Origin: a virus
Taxonomy: Duplodnaviria; Caudoviricetes
IMG/VR virus record: IMGVR_UViG_3300021197_001468
Coordinates: 676 to 64,675 of that record
Reading direction: 5' to 3' (one strand)
Length of the DNA stretch: 64,000 bases
Below, in pieces: positions 1 to 9,063 of this stretch. The stretch's first letter is position 1. Every line of letters starts with the position of its first letter. The notes under the pieces were generated by a model, which was not told the DNA's origin, made no database searches, and worked only from the letters and a program-made list of their open reading frames with translations. Both the position numbers and the translations under genes were made by a program.

Positions 1-1893
1 GAACGCATCTTGGATCTTCTCGAGCTCAACCTTCGAGGCAGTACGGAACTGCGGAGCCAAAAGACCGTCGTTCCCCGCTTCCAGAGCCTGGCCCAGCAGG
101 TCGAACTCTTCCAGCCGGTTGCCCAGGTTGTGGGCCTCCGCGTGAGAGATCACCATGGCCTTGTTCTGCGGGTCTGCTCCCGGCACGTTCGGCACGTAGG
201 ACCGAGCTCGACGAAGACCCGGGCTCAGGTGAGGCGCGCGCTCACGCATGTTTCCCAGAATCTTCGAGGTCGAGCCTCCGCGCCCCGTGGTCAGCGTCAC
301 CTTGAAGTTGCCGTTCGGCAGAAGCTCGTTGACGGCAGCGCCTTCCTTCCCGCGGTTGGCGATGCGGTCGCCCGGAGCGTTCATCTTGTGGAAGGTCTCT
401 GAGAACTTCTCCGCCTGGCTGTGGATGTCGCGCATGAGAGACTTGTTTCCCGCGAACAAAGCAGCTTCTGCTTCGTCTACGCTCCGCATGCTGCGCGCGA
501 GGTTGGTCGACGACGCGCCTGAGCCTGCCAGCTCCTCCATCCGAGACATCGTTCGGATCAGCTTCTTCGCCTTGCGTACATCCTTGACCTTCGTCGCTCC
601 CTTCGAGAGGTAGCCAACAGGACCCAGCATGTCTGGGAAGAAGATAGACCCCAGGAATCCAAGCGTCCCCGCGGCAACCGCAGACTTCGTGTCCTTCTGT
701 GCGAGCTCTGTCTCCAGAGACGCCGCAAACAGGTTGTCCTTCGACCCCAGGCTGCGCAGCACGCTCTTGCGGAAGTTCTCGTCGGTGAGCCAAGACGCGG
801 GGTGCAGGATGCGTGGGTCTGTGCTGTCCCGGGCGGTGGTCGCGCGCACTGCTCCCGAAGCAACCATCTGAGGGATGTCGACCACGTCGAACGCAGTACG
901 CATGCCGCTTGCCTGGCGAGCTACGATGCCTGACCCAGCACGCCCGCCAGAGACACCCACGATCTCCATCGTAGGAGAGAACGCGTACCTCAGCGCTTTC
1001 TTAGTGTCGGACCAGGCTCCCGCACCGTCCTTCTTCGACTCCCCGAGCAGCATGTCCTCTGCCACCAGGACGGGGGCGGACCAAAGGCCCGCGGTCTTGA
1101 ACAATGCGATCTCGCGGAACGCCTGCCGGCGGTTGGCGGGGTCCTCCACGAAAGCGTTGTACCCTGGGTCATCGGGAGAAGGTGCGTTCGCCCGAAGGCG
1201 CTCGTCCACGTACGCACCCCAGCCGCCCTCTTGGGTGCTGTACAGGTTCAGCATCCGAGCGATGTTTGCGTTGTTGTTCACGATGTCGGTTGCGAGGGCA
1301 AGCGCTTCGGGCTGTGACATCTGGGCGAGCCGCTCTGCCTGGGTGAACTCACCGGTGTTGAGTACGCCGCTCTCGCTGACGTCCGAGTCCGTCACCTTGA
1401 CCTGGGCAGGGCCGGAGAAGATGAAGCCCTCGTTGGAGTCCTGGACCCGCCCCGGGAAGTAGCTCTCCTTGACAGAGTCAGGGATGGTATCACCCGCAGC
1501 AGCCTTCTCGGTCAGGCCCTCCAAGACGCGCGCGCGAGACTTCTGCATCTCCGACGAGCCGGCACTCTGCTCGTAGAGCTTCTTCACCGCTTCGCGGTTC
1601 TTCTCCGCAAAATCCAGGTACTCCGGAGCGGACTGCTGACGCCCGAAAAACCCAGGGTCGCGGCCCACCTTGGTGACCGCTTCGTCAACGTCGTAGCCCT
1701 GTGAGGCCAACGCACTCCGGTACTCGACTTCGGGGATACCGCGCGCCTGCGCTCGCACCGTGATGACTTGCTCGGGCGTCTCGTACGTGGGAGCATCTGA
1801 GCTCAGAATCTCAGTGCGTGCTCCCGCGACAGCGCCGACCAGAGAACGAAACTCGTCAGTCGCGTCGAAATCGTTGGTCACGTCTTCAGCCAC
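1..1893 (-). CDS. N-terminal part of a large (virion/ejection) protein, runs off the window start
   Basis: GGAG-N5-GTG start at 1893 (VAEDVTNDFDAT...). The frame is still coding-like at base 1 (...KVELEKIQDAF). It is absent from the ORF track, consistent with having no stop in the window. The frame was spot-checked, not read in full. Confidence 0.7.
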   Translation of the reverse strand, partial: MAEDVTNDFDATDEFRSLVGAVAGARTEILSSDAPTYETPEQVITVRAQARGIPEVEYRSALASQGYDVDEAVTKVGRDPGFFGRQQSAPEYLDFAEKNREAVKKLYEQSAGSSEMQKSRARVLEGLTEKAAAGDTIPDSVKESYFPGRVQDSNEGFIFSGPAQVKVTDSDVSESGVLNTGEFTQAERLAQMSQPEALALATDIVNNNANIARMLNLYSTQEGGWGAYVDERLRANAPSPDDPGYNAFVEDPANRRQAFREIALFKTAGLWSAPVLVAEDMLLGESKKDGAGAWSDTKKALRYAFSPTMEIVGVSGGRAGSGIVARQASGMRTAFDVVDIPQMVASGAVRATTARDSTDPRILHPASWLTDENFRKSVLRSLGSKDNLFAASLETELAQKDTKSAVAAGTLGFLGSIFFPDMLGPVGYLSKGATKVKDVRKAKKLIRTMSRMEELAGSGASSTNLARSMRSVDEAEAALFAGNKSLMRDIHSQAEKFSETFHKMNAPGDRIANRGKEGAAVNELLPNGNFKVTLTTGRGGSTSKILGNMRERAPHLSPGLRRARSYVPNVPGADPQNKAMVISHAEAHNLGNRLEEFDLLGQALEAGNDGLLAPQFRTASKVELEKIQDAF

Positions 1894-1954
1894 GGTAACT
1901 CCAGATTGACGGTATGGTAACACCAATCAGAGCACCGACGCAGGACGCAGGAGA

Positions 1955-3007
1955 CTACTCCGCTGCGAACTCTTCGCGCAGCGACTTGAGCGCTTCAATC
2001 TGGTCGCGCACACGCTCGTATTCTCGGTAGTCGTTTTTGACCTGGTCGAGGAGCTTGGCTTTCTCGGGGAACCGGCGACGCTCTGACGGGTCCATAATCT
2101 GGCGCATCGCCGCAACTCGGTCTGTCCCGAAAGGAAGCATCAACTCCCCCTCCCCCCGGTCTTCCTGGGCCACCTCGTCGATCACTTCCTGCGCGGTGAC
2201 AGCGCGGACTTGCGAACGCGACTCGGGGCCCACGAACGTCTTCATAACGACACCGTCGGGGTTGCCGAAATCCATACTTGGGTCTGTCAGTCTCTCAGCC
2301 AGCTCTTCGATTCTCGTATCAATCTTACCCCGTACGGCTGCGGGGTCAGAGTTTCCTGCGCCCTTCGGAGCCCGGGGCTCTCGCATAAAGCCGCCCGTAG
2401 ACTGGCGCATCATCTCCATCTCAGACTGCTTCCCCGTAAGCCCCCTGAAGCGACGAGCCTCCGGCACCTTCTCGCGCCCGTAAAACTCCTCCTTCTCCTC
2501 GGGGAGCTCCTCCCTCTCTTCGAGGTACTGGAGAAACTTGGACTTGTAGTCGTCGGTGAGGCCCCGATCAGCCATCCGGCGAAGTGCTTCCTTCCGGCGT
2601 CGACCTTCCGGAGTCGATGCGTCGAAGTCGTAATCACGCGCAAACCGCTGACGAAGCTCAGTGGACTTTGTGCGGTCAACCCCAGGCATCTCCGTCGAGA
2701 AGCGAGACGTTGAGTCATCCCGCTCCTGCAGAAATGACGGTACCTCCGGAGTCGAGGGAGCGACCGGCTCGACCGGTTTGTCGGGCACGTCGGGCACGTC
2801 GGGCACGTCGGGCACGTCGGGCACGTCGGATGCTTCGTAGCCGGTAGTATCCGGCGGCTCGTTATCCGAGTCCCGTGCGACGGCGTTTGGGTTCTTTGGC
2901 TTCGGCTCCGCCTTCATCTCGACCGCAACCTCAACGGCCTGCGCCGCGTCCTCGTCTCCATCGGCTGCACCGAACACATCGTTGATAGTTAACCCCGAAA
3001 GACCCAT
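1955..3007 (-). CDS. hypothetical virion-associated protein with DVP repeats
   Basis: 350 aa ORF tightly coupled within the structural operon; DVPDVPDVPDVPD linker. Confidence 0.7.
   Translation of the reverse strand: MGLSGLTINDVFGAADGDEDAAQAVEVAVEMKAEPKPKNPNAVARDSDNEPPDTTGYEASDVPDVPDVPDVPDVPDKPVEPVAPSTPEVPSFLQERDDSTSRFSTEMPGVDRTKSTELRQRFARDYDFDASTPEGRRRKEALRRMADRGLTDDYKSKFLQYLEEREELPEEKEEFYGREKVPEARRFRGLTGKQSEMEMMRQSTGGFMREPRAPKGAGNSDPAAVRGKIDTRIEELAERLTDPSMDFGNPDGVVMKTFVGPESRSQVRAVTAQEVIDEVAQEDRGEGELMLPFGTDRVAAMRQIMDPSERRRFPEKAKLLDQVKNDYREYERVRDQIEALKSLREEFAAE
2780..2829. repeat. 9-bp tandem repeat (GTCGGGCAC)x5 encoding (DVP)n
   Basis: seen directly. Confidence 0.9.
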
Positions 3008-3009
3008 GA

Positions 3010-5946
3010 CTACTCTCCCTCTGCGGTACGAACCGCTTCAGCCGCTTCCTCGAGTGCTTTCCGCCGTGCCGCGGCTTTCTCCGCCTGCCTCAGAGCCTCC
3101 ATACCATCTACGGTGATGGACTCCTCCATGCCCTTGCGAGTCGCAGGAGGCAAGCCACGCGTTGGCGCAGCAACCTCGGCACCACCAAACTCCAATTCGG
3201 CGTCATCGTACGGCGAGACAGTTTTCTGTTCTCCTCCCTCGAGCTTGAACTCGTCGTCCTCTACTTCCGCCTTCTTGGCTCTCCGCTTCTTCAGCTCGGC
3301 GAAAGCCTCTTCGGACATGACGCTGGGACCGAGCACGCGACCCGTCCTCTCTCCTGTCTTCGGGTCGGCTTCCCGTACTTGGGGAGGGGTAGTCACTTCT
3401 CCTCCGGTACTCCGAGAAGGAGAACGCGGTGCCCGCGTCTTGATGTTCTCCTCGGGCTCGACTGGCGGACCTACCTGCTCCCGGCCGCGAAGCAGGCCCA
3501 TCCGCTGCATGAACCGCTGGAACTTGGTCTGGTACGACGGGTCTCGTGTGCCTGTCTTATCCGCGGCCTTCGTTCGAGCGGCTATCCCCGTCGTCGTTGG
3601 CTGAACATCCTCAGCCTCAATCATCGTGTCAGCCACGGGGGACTCGGGACGCTCACTCTTGGGCACAGGCTCTGCCCGCTGACGAGCCGATGCTTCAAGC
3701 AGCCCAGCGCCGGTCTCGATCGGCTCACCGTCTTCCTGCTTAAGCTGAGATTCACCGGTGCCGAAGACGGGTACTGGGTCAAGCGCAGGCTCGTCACCCA
3801 CCGCTTCTTCTACGCGAGTGCCGGACTCGGTGAGGGCATCGCCGATCTTCGCGTCAAGCTGCTCGACAGATCGCTGCGCGCGAATAGCTCGAGCACCTGG
3901 TTCCGACCTGGCGTACCTGGATTCTGCGTCGGCAAGATCAGACTTGGCCTGCTCGACCGCGCGACGAGCTTTAATGATTCGTTCTCTTCGCTTTTCGAGG
4001 GCCAAAGGCGGCTCAGCCGTCGCGAATCTCACCCCAGGATTAAGCACTGCCAGAAGAGCTGTACGGGCTGTATCAAGTTCTCCTTGAGCCTTCTCTGCGG
4101 CGAGTTTCGCCGCTTCAACAGGAGCGGCTGCCTGTAGTGCCCCCGGCCTTGCTTCCTCCGACTCCTCCCGCGCCTTGTCAAGCTGGTCCTGGAGACCATC
4201 CTCGCCTTCACGCTCGCGCATCGAGGCAAGCTCAGGCCCCGTGGGGTCGAGGTCTTCTTCCTCCGTGAGTTCGACGCCCGCGTCTCGGCGTCCGCGCTGC
4301 TCAAGGCGGCGGTCTCGGCCAGCACGGATGCGGTCTCCGAGCTCCGGCCGAACTCCCTCGATTACTTCGATGCTTTCCCGGTAGCCGTCGATGTCGCGCT
4401 CGACGATTTCTCCGGTTGTAACTGACTGAAGTCGGATCTTTCCCCGCGCAATATCCCTTGCGTTCGGCTTGATTTCGCGATACTCTTGCTCACCGATACC
4501 CTGCTCTACTGGGTACTTCTGGGTGAGTGCTTCTGCTTCTGCTTTACCTGCCGCCATCTCCTTCAAGAGTTCATCTCGGCTAAGAGCTTTAAGCGCGTTC
4601 TCCAAAGTCCGGCCGCCCTGCGCAGGTACTTCGCGGTACGTCCCGTCGTCCGAAAGGGCCGTGTACTTTCCGCTCTCCGTGTCGTGGAACACCAACCCCA
4701 CGTCGTCCACGCGGAATGACCCGACCGTGCCCGCCCGGATGCCCCGGACCACCGCGCGCTCTGCCTCAGAGACATCAGCGGCGTCGAGCGGGTCTGAGGT
4801 GTACGCTCCCTCATCCTTGAGGCGGACCAGTCGACCCTGCCGCTTGGCGGTGAGGTCGAGGCCAGACTGGTTCTGGAGCGCGAACTTGACCAGGGCCCCC
4901 TTGTCGGCGGCAGCTGGTCTGTACGTCGAGGTAATGGGGCGGCCCGTCTCGGGGTCGATGTCTACGCTGCCGATCTTGATGCCGTTGGCCTCGGCCCAGA
5001 GCTGGAACCGGGGGTCTCCGATCAGCCGAGCGATCCGCGTGTCGTCCGAGGGGGCGCGGTCAAGCTGAGCTTCAATCCGCTCCTGGAGGCGGTTGAGCTG
5101 CCTGAGTGACTCGTCTCCCGCGAGGAGCTGGTCTCGCTCAGCTTTGAGCTCACCCGCGTCACCGATTCCACCCATGACCTGGGTGATGCCCGCCTGGAGC
5201 TGCCCTTCGAGCGCGGCCGCGTCTTCGGCGGCCAGCCTGCCCGTTTGCTGAATGGTATCAATCGCGCCCTGCATCTGACCACGAACGCCAGTGGCGAGAT
5301 CGCGCTGACCCACGGCCTTCCGGTAGGCGGGGGCGGTCGCCTGCAGCAGGTCTTGCACCGCCAGCTTCGTCTGGTCACCCAGATTCACGCCCTCGACTTC
5401 GCCGACGTTGCCGTTCGTGGGGTTGATCTTGAACAGCCCTTGGCGGCTCAGTTCGAGCAGCGTCGCATACGTCTTCTCTGGCGACATCGTAACGCCGGGA
5501 CGCTCGCCGAAGAATGGGTTGCTCGCGAACGCGAGCAGCTGCTGGCTCGGGGTCTGCTGCTGTGTTCGAGTCAGCAGCTGCGTGACCTTGGCAGCGTCGG
5601 GGGTGACACTCTTGTCCAGGCGACGCACGGTCGTTTCCAGGCGCGATGACGCCGTCGTCAGGTCCTTCAGCGCGGCCTGCTGACTCTTGGCCTCCAGACC
5701 CATCAGCGACAGCTTGGTGTCACCGAGCAGCTTGAGCGACTCCAGCTGCGCCTTCACACGAGATGCGCGAGCGCGCTGGGCTACCGCCGTCCCTGACGTG
5801 AAGTAGTCCGTCCGCTGCGCGGAGAGGTCCCTCAAGTACTGGATCAGCTTGAGCTCGTCCAGCTGGGCCACCGCCGCAGGGCCAAGTGGCACCGAGCCAT
5901 CTTCGACGCCAAGAATCGGTAGGAGGAGGTTGGCGTAGCTGCTCAT
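3010..5946 (-). CDS. putative internal virion/DNA-ejection protein
   Basis: 978 aa, helical and coiled-coil rich; lies after the tail genes in podovirus order. Confidence 0.55.
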   Translation of the reverse strand: MSSYANLLLPILGVEDGSVPLGPAAVAQLDELKLIQYLRDLSAQRTDYFTSGTAVAQRARASRVKAQLESLKLLGDTKLSLMGLEAKSQQAALKDLTTASSRLETTVRRLDKSVTPDAAKVTQLLTRTQQQTPSQQLLAFASNPFFGERPGVTMSPEKTYATLLELSRQGLFKINPTNGNVGEVEGVNLGDQTKLAVQDLLQATAPAYRKAVGQRDLATGVRGQMQGAIDTIQQTGRLAAEDAAALEGQLQAGITQVMGGIGDAGELKAERDQLLAGDESLRQLNRLQERIEAQLDRAPSDDTRIARLIGDPRFQLWAEANGIKIGSVDIDPETGRPITSTYRPAAADKGALVKFALQNQSGLDLTAKRQGRLVRLKDEGAYTSDPLDAADVSEAERAVVRGIRAGTVGSFRVDDVGLVFHDTESGKYTALSDDGTYREVPAQGGRTLENALKALSRDELLKEMAAGKAEAEALTQKYPVEQGIGEQEYREIKPNARDIARGKIRLQSVTTGEIVERDIDGYRESIEVIEGVRPELGDRIRAGRDRRLEQRGRRDAGVELTEEEDLDPTGPELASMREREGEDGLQDQLDKAREESEEARPGALQAAAPVEAAKLAAEKAQGELDTARTALLAVLNPGVRFATAEPPLALEKRRERIIKARRAVEQAKSDLADAESRYARSEPGARAIRAQRSVEQLDAKIGDALTESGTRVEEAVGDEPALDPVPVFGTGESQLKQEDGEPIETGAGLLEASARQRAEPVPKSERPESPVADTMIEAEDVQPTTTGIAARTKAADKTGTRDPSYQTKFQRFMQRMGLLRGREQVGPPVEPEENIKTRAPRSPSRSTGGEVTTPPQVREADPKTGERTGRVLGPSVMSEEAFAELKKRRAKKAEVEDDEFKLEGGEQKTVSPYDDAELEFGGAEVAAPTRGLPPATRKGMEESITVDGMEALRQAEKAAARRKALEEAAEAVRTAEGE

Positions 5947-6548
5947 GTCTTCGCCGATGCGTTGAGGGCTGCCTCAGTCCCTGAGATTCCCATGCCGGTC
6001 AGCTTGGTCGCAAACTGACTTCCGACCTTCGCCCCCGTCTGCGCGCCCTTCTTACCTGCGGCAGCCAAGGCGTCTTCCAGGTTTGCCGACCGCACGTAGG
6101 CTGAGCCCAAGACGTTCGAGTCTGCCGCCTTGTTGGCTGCGGCAGCGCGAGTACTGTCCGCCAGCGACCCCTGCCCCGCGAGAGCCCGAGCCTGCGTCTG
6201 GCTCTTCGCGATCCCCTTCTCGGCCTCGAGAGTCGCGCCGCTACGGCCAAGCCCGCCCTGCGCCCGCGCCACTCCTGCCAGAGCGGCACGACGCGCGTTG
6301 GCGTCCTGCGTAGCCCCTGCGGTAGCCGTGGCGATGTCTTTCCGGTGCTGGGCGTCGGTCTTGCCGTAGTTGCCCGTGATGCTGCGCGCAGCCGCGTCTC
6401 GCTCAGAACGAAGCTGCGCCTGGCCGCCCAGAGTGGCATCCAGCCGCTGCTCCCTCTTCTTGACGCGTCTTCGCGCAATCCCGCGCCCGAGGGCAGCGCC
6501 GCCGGCTGCGGCACCGGCAATCAGTCCCGCTGTCAGTAGAGCAGGCAT
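5943..6548 (-). CDS. putative small ejection (pilot) protein
   Basis: Ala/Gly-rich, hydrophobic N-terminus, typical position. Confidence 0.55.
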   Translation of the reverse strand: MPALLTAGLIAGAAAGGAALGRGIARRRVKKREQRLDATLGGQAQLRSERDAAARSITGNYGKTDAQHRKDIATATAGATQDANARRAALAGVARAQGGLGRSGATLEAEKGIAKSQTQARALAGQGSLADSTRAAAANKAADSNVLGSAYVRSANLEDALAAAGKKGAQTGAKVGSQFATKLTGMGISGTEAALNASAKT

Positions 6549-6557
6549 GTGTTCTCC

Positions 6558-7436
6558 TTAGACCAGAGCCAGCACGCGCGCGTGCCTGACCCCGAAAGTA
6601 GCACGTTGGAAGATCAGGTGAGCATTCCTCTTCTCGAAGAGCCCGTACTGCGAAGCAGATCTTGCCTTGGCGGTGTCGAACGCAAACCGGCTACGCGACA
6701 GCTTCACCTGGCCCTTCGTACCGCTGTCACCCCCCGCAGTGTTTCGGCCGATGTCGACAGACTCCATGTACATCACGAGCTGCACGTCATGCACTCCGGC
6801 TGCCAGGTTGCGGAGAATGTGCATGTCGTACCAGGCAGCCGTGCGTCGTTCGCTGTAGTGAGTCGCGGCGACGTCCGTGATGTCGCCCTCACTCGCGCTC
6901 GTTGAGGCTGTCTTGTAGCTCGCGGTGTTGGGAAGCGGCCTGCGTGACGCGTCGACCAGGACACCGTCAATCTTGAACGCGATGGCGCAGTCGAAGACCC
7001 GGTCGACCGCGTCCCCTTCCGCGGGGTCTGCGCGGTAAGCGATCTTGAAGGGGTGACAGAAAAACCCGAGACGCATCATGCAGGTGGCAGGGTTCGGTAG
7101 ATAGAACCTCATCGCGCAGCCCGGCACAGGATTCCACAGTCGCCCTGGTGCCGTGTTGTAGCTGTACGTGTCTGGGTTCACATTGGCGGAGAAAGCCTGC
7201 TCGAAGCAGTCGATCGGCTCAAGCGAGAACTCCTGGCTCGTTCGCACCAGGCTCTGAGGCAGCACATGCTCAGAGTGGATCTTGAAGCCTGTAGCGAGGT
7301 TGTCCGTGCCGAGGCCCCCGTTCGCCGTCGACATGATTCCGCGGCCCGGAGCTCCGTCGTACACGTTCCGGTTGTGTCCGTCAGAGTCGAGCTTCGTCCC
7401 GTCGATGTAAGGGACAGTGGGGATAATGGTCGGCAT
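6558..7436 (-). CDS. putative tail structural protein
   Basis: 292 aa, beta-rich, in tail operon. Confidence 0.55.
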   Translation of the reverse strand: MPTIIPTVPYIDGTKLDSDGHNRNVYDGAPGRGIMSTANGGLGTDNLATGFKIHSEHVLPQSLVRTSQEFSLEPIDCFEQAFSANVNPDTYSYNTAPGRLWNPVPGCAMRFYLPNPATCMMRLGFFCHPFKIAYRADPAEGDAVDRVFDCAIAFKIDGVLVDASRRPLPNTASYKTASTSASEGDITDVAATHYSERRTAAWYDMHILRNLAAGVHDVQLVMYMESVDIGRNTAGGDSGTKGQVKLSRSRFAFDTAKARSASQYGLFEKRNAHLIFQRATFGVRHARVLALV

Positions 7437-7437
7437 G

Positions 7438-9063
7438 TCAGTTCCTGAGCACCATGGCTGAGATCGTCCCGCGGACCGTCGTCATGTTGTTGATGATTGC
7501 CGCTCCCGCGTAAACCCCTGTCGGGATGACGCAGCCGACCACCACGTAGTTCCAGGTAGCCGCACCAGTGTTAGCGTTAAGAACAGTCATCGTGGCGATG
7601 TTCATGTTCGCCCGAGCGTGTGCCTTACCCGCGACCACCGGGCCGGGGAGTGCGTTGAGCGGGTAACGCTGACCATTCGTGTTGTTGAACCAGACGATGG
7701 AGTCCTGCTGAATCTCGTAGGTCGATCCGCCGTCAGTGCTCACCGCGATGGCGAGAGCCCCAAGGACATCGCGGTCATCTCCGTCGCTCAAAAGCCGGAA
7801 CAGGTCCTGGACATGTGCTTCCGCCATCAGTAGAATCTTTGCAGTCTGACCCGCGATGAAGGCAGGCGTCGTCACGCTTCCGCTGATCGCTGACGGTGTC
7901 CAGCCTGGGGTCACGCCGTAAAACGCATTCCCGACATTGGCCCACCCAGGAAACACGCTGTTCAAGGCGCTGGTCCCTGAAGTCGCCTGCTCCCCCGTGT
8001 TAGACGCCAGCACTGCCGGCGGCAGCTGAACCGCCCGCAAGGCTCCCCTCGCGAGCGCCCCCGACTCCACCGCGTTGAACTTGTCGCGGGTGGCGTCGAT
8101 CGAGGCAGACAAGGTCGCCTGGCTCAACGGGCTTTCGGAGTCAAACGGCTCAACTTCAATCGAGTCAAACGTCGTAGACGAGCGCGGGAACTGCGGAATC
8201 TGAACGGCAAACAGCCGACGCGTGTACACCGACACCACATCGTCGGGGTCGAACGCAATCGTCTGGTCTACCCGAGGAACCCGCCGAGCCACCAGCTCCA
8301 CGACATGAGACCCCGCCGTGAGCTCGAGCAGCGCGCCGAGGCGCACCGGGTAGCAGAAGTTACCCAGCGCCCCCAGGTCCGACTCTTGCTCGATCTTCGG
8401 GCCGGGCGCGTTGGCGATCAGTTCATCCGCTGAACTGATCTGGTACGCGACAGACGGCTTCTCGCCGCGCGAACTGGCGTGGAACACGTCCAGGTGCCCT
8501 GTGATCGTCGAAGGCAGCACCGCGCCGTCTACTCGGATGGCAAACTGCACCCTCGCACCAGTAGAGTCCCCGATGCCGACCCGGTACTGCCCGGTGAACC
8601 CGGTGCGGGTGGGTGCTATTGATGGTCCCGTGTACGACGCAGCGGAGAACGTCTGAGGCGAGATCGAGTACTGGATCAATGCTTCGAGCCAGAGTGCCGT
8701 GTTCTCTGTGGTCGTCGTGACCGACGTGTCTCCCGAGCCGTTGAGCGGGATGGCAGCCCAGCCGACGTCGTTCTTCAGCTTGTCCTCGAACGTGATGTCC
8801 GTCAGCTGAGGCACGTTGAACGGTGCGGTCGAGCCGAAATGCGGGTTTACTACCTTCTTCTCGTCGATGAAGCTGTAGTACGCGTTCGTCTCGATCCCCG
8901 CGTCAGTCAACGTGGGCAGACCCGCAGACCCCGTCTCCTTGAAGTTGTGCTCGTTCAGCTTCCCGCTGTAGAGCTCAACCACTGGAATGAAGTCCTCGTT
9001 CATGTCGATGGGGTCGAGGATGTCGCCGTCAGAGAGCTTGCGCTTGGGAAAGACGTAGGGCAT
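7438..9063 (-). CDS. putative tail structural protein
   Basis: 541 aa, beta-rich, coupled to neighbours. Confidence 0.55.
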   Translation of the reverse strand: MPYVFPKRKLSDGDILDPIDMNEDFIPVVELYSGKLNEHNFKETGSAGLPTLTDAGIETNAYYSFIDEKKVVNPHFGSTAPFNVPQLTDITFEDKLKNDVGWAAIPLNGSGDTSVTTTTENTALWLEALIQYSISPQTFSAASYTGPSIAPTRTGFTGQYRVGIGDSTGARVQFAIRVDGAVLPSTITGHLDVFHASSRGEKPSVAYQISSADELIANAPGPKIEQESDLGALGNFCYPVRLGALLELTAGSHVVELVARRVPRVDQTIAFDPDDVVSVYTRRLFAVQIPQFPRSSTTFDSIEVEPFDSESPLSQATLSASIDATRDKFNAVESGALARGALRAVQLPPAVLASNTGEQATSGTSALNSVFPGWANVGNAFYGVTPGWTPSAISGSVTTPAFIAGQTAKILLMAEAHVQDLFRLLSDGDDRDVLGALAIAVSTDGGSTYEIQQDSIVWFNNTNGQRYPLNALPGPVVAGKAHARANMNIATMTVLNANTGAATWNYVVVGCVIPTGVYAGAAIINNMTTVRGTISAMVLRN